A DNA stretch of 64,000 nucleotides, taken from assembly GCA_002633005.1 (NCBI GenBank), contig NMRA01000042.1:945153-1009152 (forward strand), in the 5' to 3' direction. This DNA is from Phoronis australis. Taxonomy: Eukaryota; Animalia; Phoronida. The first letter of the stretch is position 1. Every line of letters begins with the position of its first letter. Position numbers and translations under genes: made by a program. Shown in pieces: positions 25,902-38,900 of this stretch. The notes under the pieces are model-generated. The model was not told the DNA's origin. It ran no database searches and worked only from the letters and a program-made list of their open reading frames with translations.

Positions 25902-28900
25902 GATAATTCTCTTTTCTTACCTACTTCAAAGCAGTTAATGTGTAATAAATTTATTGAACTCACCCGAGGGAACTCAGAACTCACTGTAAACTGGACTAGA
26001 ACAGAATCTCGCCTTCGTAATGCAAACGCCCTTTAATTGATCCATCATTCTAATCGCATACATATGCATTGTGTAAATAGGCGTATTGCGTTTTACTTCA
26101 CTTTCTCAAAACACAACAGGCATACTAATTAACTTTTAATTCAAAAATCATCAGCTGTGCCGCGCTTCGCCTCTCTGATAAGTAAACACCAGCTGGGACG
26201 ATTTTCACGATATGTCAGGGGATAATGCATCGAGCTGAGAGTTAATTTCTTTTTAAAAGGGCGTCGTAAGTAATGCGCCAAATTCAGCTTTTTATCCACG
26301 CTGATGATTTGTGTATTGTCACTACACCCACGAATATTTAGTGACCGTCCACAATTCGCATTTTTGTAAAAGTACAAAACTTATACTTGGAAGGGGGAGG
26401 GGTGATGACCGAAATAGGTCTTTCAATTCAAAGTTGTCTTTTAAAAGACGGTGGAAAACTATCCAGGAGCAGTGAAAATGAACAGTTTGGAACCACACTT
26501 TATTAAGCAGATGGCATCCTCTTCAAATAATACTTTTCTTTTGACCATCATGTGGACGATCCCCGGATTTACTTGTGACTTCAATAAAAAAACACTCGTC
26601 ATTTTATTAATTTTTGTCGGAGCGATTGGCGATATCCCGAAGTACATATCAATGCTTTAAGTTAGAATTTGTATTTGAACGAAGCGAGTGACTGAGCATT
26701 GATATTTGGACGTTAGGATTTCTCGATTGGTAGAAAACAAACCTCTCTAACTTTAATCACGGCTCAACGCGACTCAACAGATCAATTACATCCAGCAAGG
26801 GTTTTACTGTATTTTGCTTTGCTGTGAAATCAATAGAATCCACCTGCCCTGGTTTTTGTATTTAAGCCTACCATTACATTTCACATCCAAAATGAACTCG
26901 TGAAACTTTTATTACACGATATGTTTTGCAATGTTTACTTACCTAGACTCACAACAGGACAGGATCAAGCTGTTTAAATAGTTGCGCGAAAGGCTGGTTA
27001 TTCAAAAGCGTGAGCAGTGAAGTATATTATCCATTGTAATTCTTCCCCACGTATACAGGTTGTCTTTCCTGTGACCGATAACAATGGGCTCGTCAAAAGT
27101 GATAAGAGATATGCGTGATGGCCATATTTTGACCAATAATATTTTGTTATGATGGCCGCACTTTATTGTCTTCTGCGTTGCTTCAGGTTACCCAATCTAC
27201 AGACTTTTTAAAGGCTTACAACCAAATTTCAAATTACACAACTTAAATAGAAATGAAGGCAAATGCCCAATCTGATGGTAACATACAGTAATTGACAATC
27301 ACCGAGCCAGTGTTGGTTTTCAGGCCTTAAAATATGATAATAACCTAGGCGTAGTCAATAACTGTTTTATTATAAATACGATTACGTTCGCTAAGTAATT
27401 GGTGGCAGGAGGTTTTCGATTGCTAGCATTTTATCCAAAAGATCGTGGGAGATTCTGAAAAATACTCTCACGAGATTATACAAGAATGGACAAAGGAACA
27501 ATCACTTTTATTTTGGGGAAGATGTCGTGTCTTCGGGTCAAACATCGATCCTTTTTAACGCAAAACAATCGACAAACATCATTTGGCAGTTCCATTGCAA
27601 TCGCAAGCTGCGAGTCAGCACGCTCCGAGTGCACGCCCTTGAACCCGTAACACCGAAAGTCAGCGAACATTTTACCATAGAACTAGATGGTTTTTACACT
27701 CCTTTTGTGCAATAGCGTGATGGTGGTATAGTTAATAATAGTTGTAGTACGCCACCACCTCAGAGCGGTTTTAGGAAGTCACCTTTGTGCAGGTTTGCAT
27801 TCATCTGCATGGGCACTGGGATTAAATTTTTGTATTTGATATCGAAGTAATCGAACTGGAAATTATTTTGACATTCTACGCTCTGCTGTCGATCTCACTG
27901 TGAGTGTCTTTTATTTTGTGCTCGAGTGCATTATGGTTTATGCAGACGAGTTTCTAGTCCAGGTTCGCCTGGATGACACTTAAATATGAGCTACAATATC
28001 GAATAAAAACTCGCATTTTCGGTCATCAAGTGCAAACTAGGATTAAACAGTCGTCCAAGTAGGCCCCAATATACTCTAGCACAGAATTATGGACACTTAT
28101 CTTGAGTTTGTTTAAAAATAGTACGGATCTAATGTGAATAATAGATCCTGGGGTCCGATGGTTTACATCTTACTGTTACTTAGAAACAAATATGACTTCA
28201 GAATTCGGATAAAATAAAAAGGTTTGCCAAATAAAGAAAATCAGGTTTGAATCTCGCAGAAATAATTGCATTTCCAAGAAAAGACATCTTCAACAAACTT
28301 CGAAACCGCTTACAACAACAGCTGTCAATATTGCGATGTGTTGGCTCTCTGATTCTGGTTCCATAAGCAGTCCAAATTATTCAGTAACATAACTAAATTC
28401 AGAGCTTCCGCAGTCTTTGCGTGTTGATGTTATGACATCTAGCGTTCAATGTAGGAAGCCAGTTGTGCAACAGGCCTTATCTGATGTGAGTGAAGAAACG
28501 TCGATCTGAAACATTGTAATGTCGTGGTCACGATAACTTATCTACCTTATGTAAGCTTGTTTATTCGGGAAATGTACACCGAGCCATGCCGTTATCTAGT
28601 ACTTAAAGGCATTGAGTGTTTATCGTCGAAACCCCGAAATTATAATACATGACGTGGCGTGGACCCTTATCACAAAAATTTTTCAATGGTCCTAGACAAA
28701 TTTTGAAGAGTGGCAAGGGACGGTGTGTTGTGTTTTATTAATTATTGTATTATGCTCGATCGAAGACGCAAAAGTTTTATTGGGCCTAAAGTAATGATCA
28801 CAACTGAAGCTACTTAAGATAACCACGACGGAAGTTGTCACAGTCCGTCCTTAGCGTGCGATATAATATCCCATGCCGACGTTACAAGTGATGAATATCA

Positions 28901-30934
28901 TACCCCAGGCAATATCAAGACTACCTTGCCCTCAGTCGGGCTGCATCCGTACCCCCTCAATCGGGTTGAGAATTCCAATTATCCACCTGAGATGACTCCT
29001 AACAGGAAACAATATACCCACCCGAGTTAGCGACATGCACCTGTCAGCACCTTACGGGATCCTTTCCTGGGCGATAACGACATTCTTAGAGCTGTTTATA
29101 ATTGAACCGATTTCCTGATATTCACATTAGTACATGGTCTAATCCATTTTTCTCTAGTCCCACCACAATTTTCACTTTATAGCGCTTAGCATTTACTGTA
29201 AAAGTTTGAATTATATAATTTTACAAAAATTTTGCAACAAACGGGAATAATTAGGAATTGGATTGTCAGGTCTCCAGGTCGTTCTGAACCCAAATAGGAC
29301 CTCATGCGTGCTATATAACTACTACTTAATATCTACTCACAAACAAATTTCTACGTCTAGTACTTATAATCTTCAGTTCAGGTGTTATTATCAAAGTTAG
29401 GTGGTTATTCAGATCCCCTTATCCGACTAGTGACCATCTGAACACACTCTAAACATGAATATATCATCATTGCCATTAAAACATTCGAAATTACCTGACA
29501 CGACATCTGCCCCTTCCTTTAGTCAAGCCTCGAAAACCGCCGTATATTCAGTGACGAAATTCTTCCCATTATAAATGAAAAGTTCTGTTCATGCGAGGCT
29601 TTTGTGTAAACACAGTACGATTCAGCCAGTTCCACTATTGAGTGTAAAGTTATTAGGTGTTGTTGTAGTCGTGTAGAAATGTAATCACCAGTGTGTAAAC
29701 TAGGTCACTGCGACATCTGTCGGTGGCCCGCAACCGACTGTTCGTCGGAGTAAGATTTTCGGTGGTTATTTCTTTCAAATCCATGTTATAGGTTATAGAC
29801 TTGTTCATGCTGAGCAACCGCGTTTTTGTAAAGTATATCACGTCCATCTAAAATCATTTTACTTCTACTAATCTATTTTTCACGGAGTAGCTGTATGTGC
29901 GTAATGCCCCAGGGTGACACAATGCATCTCAGGACCGTCAGAGGGAATTGTACATGACCCTGACTCTTCCTAAATAGGATGGATTTTGAGAACAAGTTAG
30001 AGTAAGATTTTCCGATTTACTTGTTATTGCGCTAGTTTCATAAAAAAGAATTGCGTTTATGATGGGAAAGGCACGGGGTACTCTTACATAGGCCTACATT
30101 AGGTGCGTATTGGACGGGCAACTCAAACAGGTGAGTTTTCTTGACCACTTTTCCCTACGAAAAGACGCCTTTTCGACAAAATTTCTAAAGAAATATAAAA
30201 AGATTCACTCTACCACTAAACATATTATTTACATTTCAAAAGATCAAGAGAAGTGTGGACAGGTTCCCCATCTGTGCTGCCACCACATGGCGTGGCTGGC
30301 TAGAGAATATGTTTCACTCTTAATGGGTAAAAGGTAGTTGTCTAAGATTCCTTACGAACGTACTAGATTTATGGAATGGATCGACGCAAAAAGCAATGTT
30401 TCTTAAGCGTCAAGGCAACTTTTTCATGGAGTCTACGTATAAAACTTCACTAGCCCCCGAGAGGGAAATACTTGACCCTTGTTGTAGTAGATGATGAGGT
30501 CCTGTAACACCTACCGTATTCAAAAACGTATGGCTTCCGTACGTGAATATGTGCACGGGTGTACTAGAAATCTCAGGTAGTTAATAAATTTCTGACAATA
30601 CAGGATTGACGACGAAAGCATACGGTTAAACAAAAACCGCACTGTCAGTATCGCGCTCAAGTAACCATGTGGTAAAACACACTGGTCGTCGAACCAGGAC
30701 GTTGTTGGGTGCAGTGAGGAAGGGTGACGTAGGGTTACTTGTCGAAAATAGCCACTGACGACCGACACCTCTGCTGTAGTTGCCGAATTTAGCTCCTTCG
30801 GGACCTCCAACCTTTCCATGAATACGTAACTAACTTGCACCTTTTGAAAAAATTAATATCTTAAGGACACACCTGGGAGTATTCGGTGTTAAAATTGCGT
30901 GTGTGAATACGAGAATGAAACAAGTTGGATGATT

Positions 30935-31108
30935 TCGATGGCCCAAAGCTGTTATTGAAAACCAAATAACATATCAAAAATCATTTTTTTTTGCGGAGAA
31001 AGCCTTTCCGCCGCGGAGAAACTTTTCTTCGCGGAAAGGTTTCCTCCGCGAAGAAACGGATTTTTTTCGTACTGTTATTTTTATCAGTGTCAGCTTTTGG
31101 CCATCGTA
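30935..31108. mobile_element. MITE with internal palindromic CCGCGGAGAAA repeats
   Basis: CGATGGCCCAAAGCTG ... CAGCTTTTGGCCATCG; the core is built from GCGGAGAAA / TTTCTTCGCG units. Confidence 0.7.
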
Positions 31109-34100
31109 GATGATAATTCAGTCTCAATCCGTGTATAAAACAATGTCTAAGATGTTTTTACTATCCGACATACGTTTCCTGATTTGCCACGACCGTAAAT
31201 ATCGCTCTTTAATATTCCTTGATGGTCAGTCACGGGTCATTAATGATAACATTCTAAACCAATTTCAACAGTGAAATCTCATTTTCTTTTCGAAATTGTA
31301 ACAAATCCTTAACCTAGAAAAATAACATTCCTAGTTTTATACCGAGCATGCGTAAAGATACGCTTTAAACTTTTAAATTCAAAGTACTAATAATTGGTTA
31401 TTCAAACTCATTAGTAACTTCGCGTCAAATGGCGCCATTTACGAGTTACCAAGCATACAGCGATGTAATCACATTATACTTGCCAATTTATATTAATGAG
31501 ATTTCAATGAATGGAACGTCATTGAACTTGAAATTAAATGACTTCGTCAGAACTGAAAATTACATTCGGTTGAAACGAAGTCGTTAGATTTTACTCGGCA
31601 TTGGCGCGAGTTAAAAATTTAACTGATCTCTGCGATTTACTTTGAAATTTTATCAATGAATGGCTGATATCCAAGTGTTTGAAGCAATATTTTCTGTAAA
31701 CAATATAATGTAATCAACGATTAACACTGAATTGAAACCATTAACATTGGCATACTTGATAGATCGACTTTTTATTCATTTGATTATAGCTCAAATGCGA
31801 CCTCATCGAATAAATTCGGATAAATGTGAATATCTACCAAGGTTCATGCACGTGAGCAATCAAGCACTGATCATCGCGCAGATAGTCAGTTCTCATTCTT
31901 GGAGATTCTTTTGCTATATTAATCATAATCACAATAAGAGTTGTGTCTCCGACTTCACAACATTCCAAATAGCGCTGATTTACAAACTCAATTCCTTGTC
32001 TGAGAGCGGTAGTACGCTGATGTATCCACTTATTTTTCTTCGCTGAATTCGTACCATTTCACAACAGCCGGTAAGGTTGGTAAACACGAATAATCGTACC
32101 CTAGCACATTGCTGAAGGATATGTGATCTCATTCACTATGGCCACAGATGTTGTGATTAATAAGTACTATTGTATAACGCCGTGTTCAGACCATACCGTG
32201 CCCTCTGTTATGGTTATTAGACCTCACGTTTTGGTTCTACAGCATTTGCGGTACGTCTGGAGAAACTCTGGAGAGTTTGGCACTTTATAACGCATTTAGT
32301 TGGGTTGAACCACTCTTACACTAACTCGCAAAAACTGGGGTCTGCGAAACAAGTCAGGTAGGGCACAACTAATCGTGTCAGTCATGAATCGAACCCTTTC
32401 CAAGAGAGAAGCGCAACACACGTAGGTCCCTACTACACGAATATAGATTTACAAAAACATTCCAATTGTTTCTCCACTTACCTCAATCCAAAACAACACA
32501 TAGGTAACTTCTAATCTATTCCTGTGTACTATTAGTGTCGACTTCAGTCCTGTTACTAACAAGCGTTTTGCCCTGAAGACGACCGTGAGAACGAACTGCT
32601 GTAGTTTACAACCTGGCTCTTTATGACCTGCGAGGTCAGCTGATGGATTGAATAACCTGTTTGGCGTACAATAGCATAAATGTCTACCTTTATACCTTGA
32701 CGATGAGTTACTCACCTATTTGGCCCTCAAAGGGCAATGGGCCGTGAAATAATGGGCATATATTAAGTCATGACATTCCATTTATTAACCAAACTGTAAA
32801 CAAGATTACTTGATAGATTGAGGATGTTTGTACAAAGGTGAACAAAATCCTCATAAAAATGTCTGCTGTGTGACGAGTAGACAACGCACGGAACAAGCCC
32901 AGGGACAAAACCGGCATCTCATGAATTTTTCCTATTTCTAATACGGTAAAGAAGCAACGGAGATCATACAATAGCTAAATCAATATCGAGGGTTTTCCAA
33001 TAAAAAAACTTTCGCATATTAATTAAAAACTTGCTGCAGGTGGGCGGGGAGGGGGGTTGGAGGGTGGAGGTATAAGCTCTCCTACCGCCACGAACAGACA
33101 TCTGCGTGTTCATTTTGTCATTTCATTATTATTGTACTTCAAACAATGAATTATATTGTAATAAAACCTAAATAAACAAATGGATTTTAAACTCAGTCAG
33201 TCTTCCGTCAAAAGACTAACCTTTGATTTAGATCACTGACGAGAATTCAGGGTCCGAGATTGTGTGTTAATGAAACCGGAGGTGATTTAATGGCTTCGAA
33301 AGAACTGGTTGTTCGTTATTGCTTGAGACCAGGATTAGTGGCTTGTCACAGCCTCTCACATTTTATGTGCCGATACAATATTTCGCTTGGTGTCGCGGGC
33401 ACCGTAGATATGAAGCGCCAAACATGGTTCTTAAACGAGTACAGCGTTTGTTTTGTTTAATCAACACGTAGTTTTGCTTAATCAATGCACTGAAGTTGTT
33501 GTGAAACGATTATCATTCTGCTCTCATTTAACGGGCACTATTACTTATTCAACACCAACTTTTTTAAAATCAGTTTATATAGCCCAATCACGACACTGTG
33601 CTCTCCGGAAGGGGGGGGGGGGGTGGAAGATTTTCTGCTTGGGCGATTGTTGCAAATTATCATTTACTGAATGCAAACTTGTCTTTGTATGCAGCATGAG
33701 AAGCATACAGTGGGTGCGACCATTGTCGAAGCGCACCGATTTATCCAATCACATAATTATGTAAACATTTCAAGTGCTCAATTGTCACCGTAATTACCTG
33801 AAGCGTATAAAAATCCAAGACCTGTCACATTTGGAAAACAGGACGTGACTGTGGATTGCCCTTCTCATTTTTGGGTCCAAATCGAGTCGTCAGTGATAGT
33901 GGCAGATACGTCATCCCTAAACATCTGAACATCTGAATTATTTCATTGTTCGATTATCAACTCATCATGTGACTTTGCAATTACGGTAGTCAATGCAGTC
34001 AGGAAGTGTACGAAGCCGACTTCGCGCTGGAGGCTGGAAAGAGGCTAGGCACCAGGCACGTTAGACGTGCGTGGCTGGAATTTTTCGGATAGAACGATCA

Positions 34101-34459
34101 ATTTTTATCTAAAATAAGCATATTACTTTTACAGGTCGTCTCAAAGCAATGTTCATTGAAAACCGTGGCGCACAGTAGTCTAACATGCCAGTGTTGTGTT
34201 TTTCTTAGAGCCCCTTCATTTGACGAAATGCCGGGGCAAAAAGGTCCGCCTCAACGATACAATAAGTCCGAAAAAAGTAGAAAACGAGACAAAAGTCCAC
34301 CAAAAAGTCAGGCGAATGCACATGTTATAGCTCTGAACCCATCCTGTTTTTAGTAAAGGTCCACACTTTTGGTAGTAAAAGGTCCACATTCTCAAAAATT
34401 CGAGTCCCCACTTTTAGGCTGGGTGCGCGCATGAGTTTGAAGAAAGCTAGTGTGATCGT

Positions 34460-34632
34460 CAGTCTCGTCTCAGAGCTATATTGTATCTTTGGACAAGTGG
34501 CCGATTAAACGTTACGCACGCAATTTACGTCTCAAAAATTACTCTACGCTTCTTATAACATACGCACTTAATTTACGTGCGTGACTTAACGTTCACCCAC
34601 TTGACCACCCTTGAGGCTTGGAGACGAGACTG
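34460..34632. mobile_element. 173-bp MITE with 12-bp TIRs and a perfect 10-bp TSD
   Basis: CAGTCTCGTCTC ... GAGACGAGACTG, flanked by GTGTGATCGT at 34450-34459 and 34633-34642. Confidence 0.85.
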
Positions 34633-35935
34633 GTGTGATCGTGTGCTTTGCTTGTAATGCATGACGGTATTTAGCGAAGTCTTGCGTGATCTTGCGATCT
34701 CGCGATGTTCTCATGTTTACGCAATGCACTCCAGGTGTATTTTTCAGGGTGTTTAAAAAGTTCACTTACAGTTTTCACTGAAACATTCAGAGTTAAGCAA
34801 AAGCAACTTTTGCTGGGGGTAACTTTCATGGTAGTTTTAGCCTTCTCTCCCTGTTGCATTCTTGACTAAACCAGATAACATTCTGTGGTTTGTTGCTAAA
34901 GACAAACCAATCTCCTGGGTCTAGGAGCCAGTCAGAAGGTGGCGAGAACGTCTCTATAGTCGGTCCAACAGAGTGCGCTGCATGTCACATTAGTCGTCAC
35001 GTGGGCTTTGCACAAAAAGTGGTCCATGCAAAGACGTTCTGTGATCCATGCTTGACCCATGTGAACTGCGTGTACGGATTTTTGGTTTTATTACCAACTC
35101 GCCATCTCTGCAGTTTGCAGTACATTGCTCTGAATTATTAATTCGCGCTTAAAATCTTATTGTAAGCGTTTGGTGGCTGTGGTAAAACTTCGCGTCAACT
35201 ACAACTTGGCACTGCACATGTTACAGTTTAGAGTTTACAGCCACAGGTAGCTTGCCGGAAGCTTTTCGTCGAATTATGCCTAACACCGAAAAGTCGTGTT
35301 GTTATAAATGCCTTAAGCGCATAGAGGGACATCTTAGGAGGTTTTCGGTGTCTTTATTCCTTCAAACTGCATGGAACAAATACTCCCGTTCTCAAACTTT
35401 TTCTTCAAGCAGTCCTTCGTTCAGTTCCCAAAATCGGAAACTGGCCGATTTTATACAGCGCACGCCAAGGCACATGATTATGATATAACCTGGCGCGTGC
35501 AGTTTAAATCACCAGATTCTGATTTGGGCAACTTAAAGAAGTACTGGTAAAGACATCAACGGTGTCTTAAGGTGGCCCTTTGAGGCTCTGTGCAAAAGGT
35601 ACTTGGAGCAAGGTGACTTGGTTTAATCAGTGATTAGGCATAATTCGTGGAAACGGCATATGAAGGGCCTATGAGATGGCCACCGGCTGTACTGGTAGTT
35701 GAGATGGTGGTCCACTGTCTAATTGGCTGGTGCTTGACTTTCCATTATGCCTTCACTCAGGTCATACATTGTCTGACTCTGATCGAAGGTCAAGCACCAG
35801 CCAATTGCACGCGTCTTGTAGTGACAAGGTTGAAAATCTAGTGTCAAGATAGCAGGTTCAGTTTTTGTTTTGTGTAAAATCACTCTCACTGAGAATGTAC
35901 GTTTAAGTGTCTAACTATTTTGTGTTGTAGAAAAA

Positions 35936-38900
35936 ATGGCCAGCTCACCTACTCACGGCGAGCTCATCAAGAACCGACGACTGTCAGAGCATTCTCTAAA
36001 GAGCGCTGCTCATTGTCTCATAAATGGGAACCATGGCCGTGCGTTCGCTCACTATCTCCTCTGTTTAAAACTTACTCCAGAGGTGAAAAGCCGCATCAAA
36101 GAAGACTTTACGTACACCCTCCACGAGTGGTCTGAAGAACTTGAGCGTGCTAATAGGTTTGACGACCTGTTTAATTGCTATGAGCAAGCCTGTGAACTGT
36201 TCCCTGAGTGCAACACTGCACTTAACAATATGGGTGCTCAGCTGTTCAGGTATAGTGTGTCATTTGCAGGCGACTTCAGGGGCCTCGTTCTCCCGAGGGG
36301 AAAACTGCCTGTGCCTTCTGAGAGGGGAATTTTTGGGATGATGGGAAATTCTAGCCCCCCCCCCATCACCATCAGTAGCACCCACCTCTGTTGCAGGCCC
36401 CCCGTAGACTTTGTCCCAAGTAGATAACTCTAACATTTTGTGCTCTTTCAACTTTTCATCTGTGTGGGTTACAAGTGATTCAAACATCGAGGGAAATTTC
36501 TCAGTCACTTGAAGGGAATGTTTGAGCCACATGAGGGGGGAATTTAGCGTAATTTTCAATATTTTTCAGGGGGAAATGGGGCTAATGTAATGTTGAACCT
36601 CATTAATCGAGGGATTGAGGCACCTGACTTTGTTCATCAACTTGATCAGAGTTGTTTATGTGGAAACTTCTGGACATATTGCTTTCAAAAGTAGCTTGAT
36701 GTTGATATTGCGCTTCCAACACTTGGCAATGATTTGTCATTTTCTGTTGTGAGAGGACATGGTATATGTAGACAAAGACTTGTTCGAGAGTCTCAGTAAA
36801 TAGAGTGATCATATTTAGACAAAGTTCCTTATTTACTGCATAAGTTGTTGGTAATACCTCCTATGTGTATAAACCAAAAGCAGCAATGGTAAAATGTGAG
36901 AAATATTTACTTTTTAGGAGGTGAATATTCAAGATTGTCATTTTCTACTAGAAATTCTTGTCATCTGAGATTCCAAAATGTTAACCCTCAACGTCAGCTT
37001 CGCCAACTTCCCCCACAATCATTCAGATAGTTTTTGTTTAGACTCCCTGATTTCTTGCTCCAGAGTTCATTTCTTCAGATGTTGCTTTTCAGACTTGGCT
37101 ATGCAGAGGAAGCAGCCTGCTGCTTTAGACGATCATTGAGAATTGACCCAGCTTGCATGGGTGCTCGTGACAACCTGGAGAACGTATGTAGTCACTTGTT
37201 GGAACGATGGCACTTCAGAATGTTGAACGACCAGAAGAGGAACACGGCTTTTAACCTGGCCCTCTGTAGGGCTGTTGCAGCTGGGCACGGGTCAGTGCTG
37301 GACATAGGGGCAGGAGAGGGCCTACTGAGGTATGTGGTCTGAGTGAAGGGAGTTATATTTTGGGGTGGGTTAGCATTCCTATTTCTTACACTATAGGCCA
37401 AACAGATTTGATGGCCACTGTGGCTAAATACAAACTCCATCTTCTCCAATGTTGTTGATTTTTACACTTTTTACAAATGTATTAGACAATGGATTCGAAC
37501 AGCTCTGTTCAAGCATTCTAACTGTTATGTTATCTTGTTCACTACCAGTTGAGTGCTGAGTGTGACAGGAGCTTCTCATTTTATGGGAACCTTACATTGA
37601 TTTTGCAAATTTATTAAAATTGTTTTAAGGAGCTTAGGCTCGTATTATTTAGGGCTGGATGCTCAGAATTTGGTAAACGAGGAGACAACAAACGAAAATT
37701 CAGTAATAATCATGTGCTCAAGATTTAAATGTGAATGTTCATTGTAGAAAATATTCTTATTTCAGTATGATGGCTGTAAAGGCTGGGGCCACAATAGTAT
37801 CTGCCTGTGAACAGTCCAAGCCGATCTATGAGATAGCCTGTGATGTATTAGCTGCTAATGGAATGGCAGACAAAGTCAACCTGTTCCACAAGGTGTCTCA
37901 GAAACTAAGTGTGGGAGAAGATATTTCCGATAGGTAAAACCCATAAGCTCACTACAGCTATCAAAGATTTTTTGATAGAAAACACTTGCTACTTAGCGAT
38001 TAACATTTACAATTGCTGAACATTTTAGACAAGAAATATATCATTGTTTACAGTGAAATGTGAGTTGTAAACTCTTCGGGTGAATACTGCTAACAGTTTC
38101 AAGGCTTGGAATTTTCCGAGGAAACGCGGATTTCCGCTTATTTCAAATACTCTGTCCGCGCATTTTATTATATTTCTGCGTAAAAAAAATCGGATTTGAT
38201 GTAAAATTTCCGCGGCAAATTCCTTTCTTACCGCGGCGTTGCCGACGACGTTCACCTCGAAAAGCGGAAGTTGCTCTTTATGTTTCGGAGGAACGTAAAT
38301 TGTCAACATCGCCGGGGCATCTGAGATAGCGTGATGGGATTTTCAATGGCGGCTCGTGTGATTGTAAATCGCGGTGACAAATACTAGGGCTCTGCAGCCA
38401 AAAATGTGTGGGGGTGGGAGTGGACGGACGAGCTAAAAAGACGCAGACGCATGGTACTGTAGGTGGTAACGTTTTTTTTTTTAGTCCTCCCGATTTTTGT
38501 CGGCGAGGTTCACATGGGCTAATCGACTATTTCAAGGCTGGGCAGCGCGCATGTTTTGGGCCGTAAAAGTTTCCGCGTATTTTGTCATTGGTCATTTCAA
38601 GCCCTGCATTTGGTATGTGGAAAAGAATTCATTCTATTAACTATGGCATTTTGTGAAAACCTGTCTACAGATGTGATGTAACATACTTGCTTTTAATGGC
38701 ATGCTTTTTTCACTACATATTTGACGTTGGTTCAATTCTTGTCTCTTCGACAACTGAAGATAGTTTGTTGCCAAATTGCATAGCACGTGATCTTGTCGTG
38801 TGTAATGAACTAATTTCTCATTTCATATAAGCGCACCAGACTACACTATAATCCTCTAGGTTTCCGAGCTTTGGATTTCTTGCCTCATTTGATGGAACCG

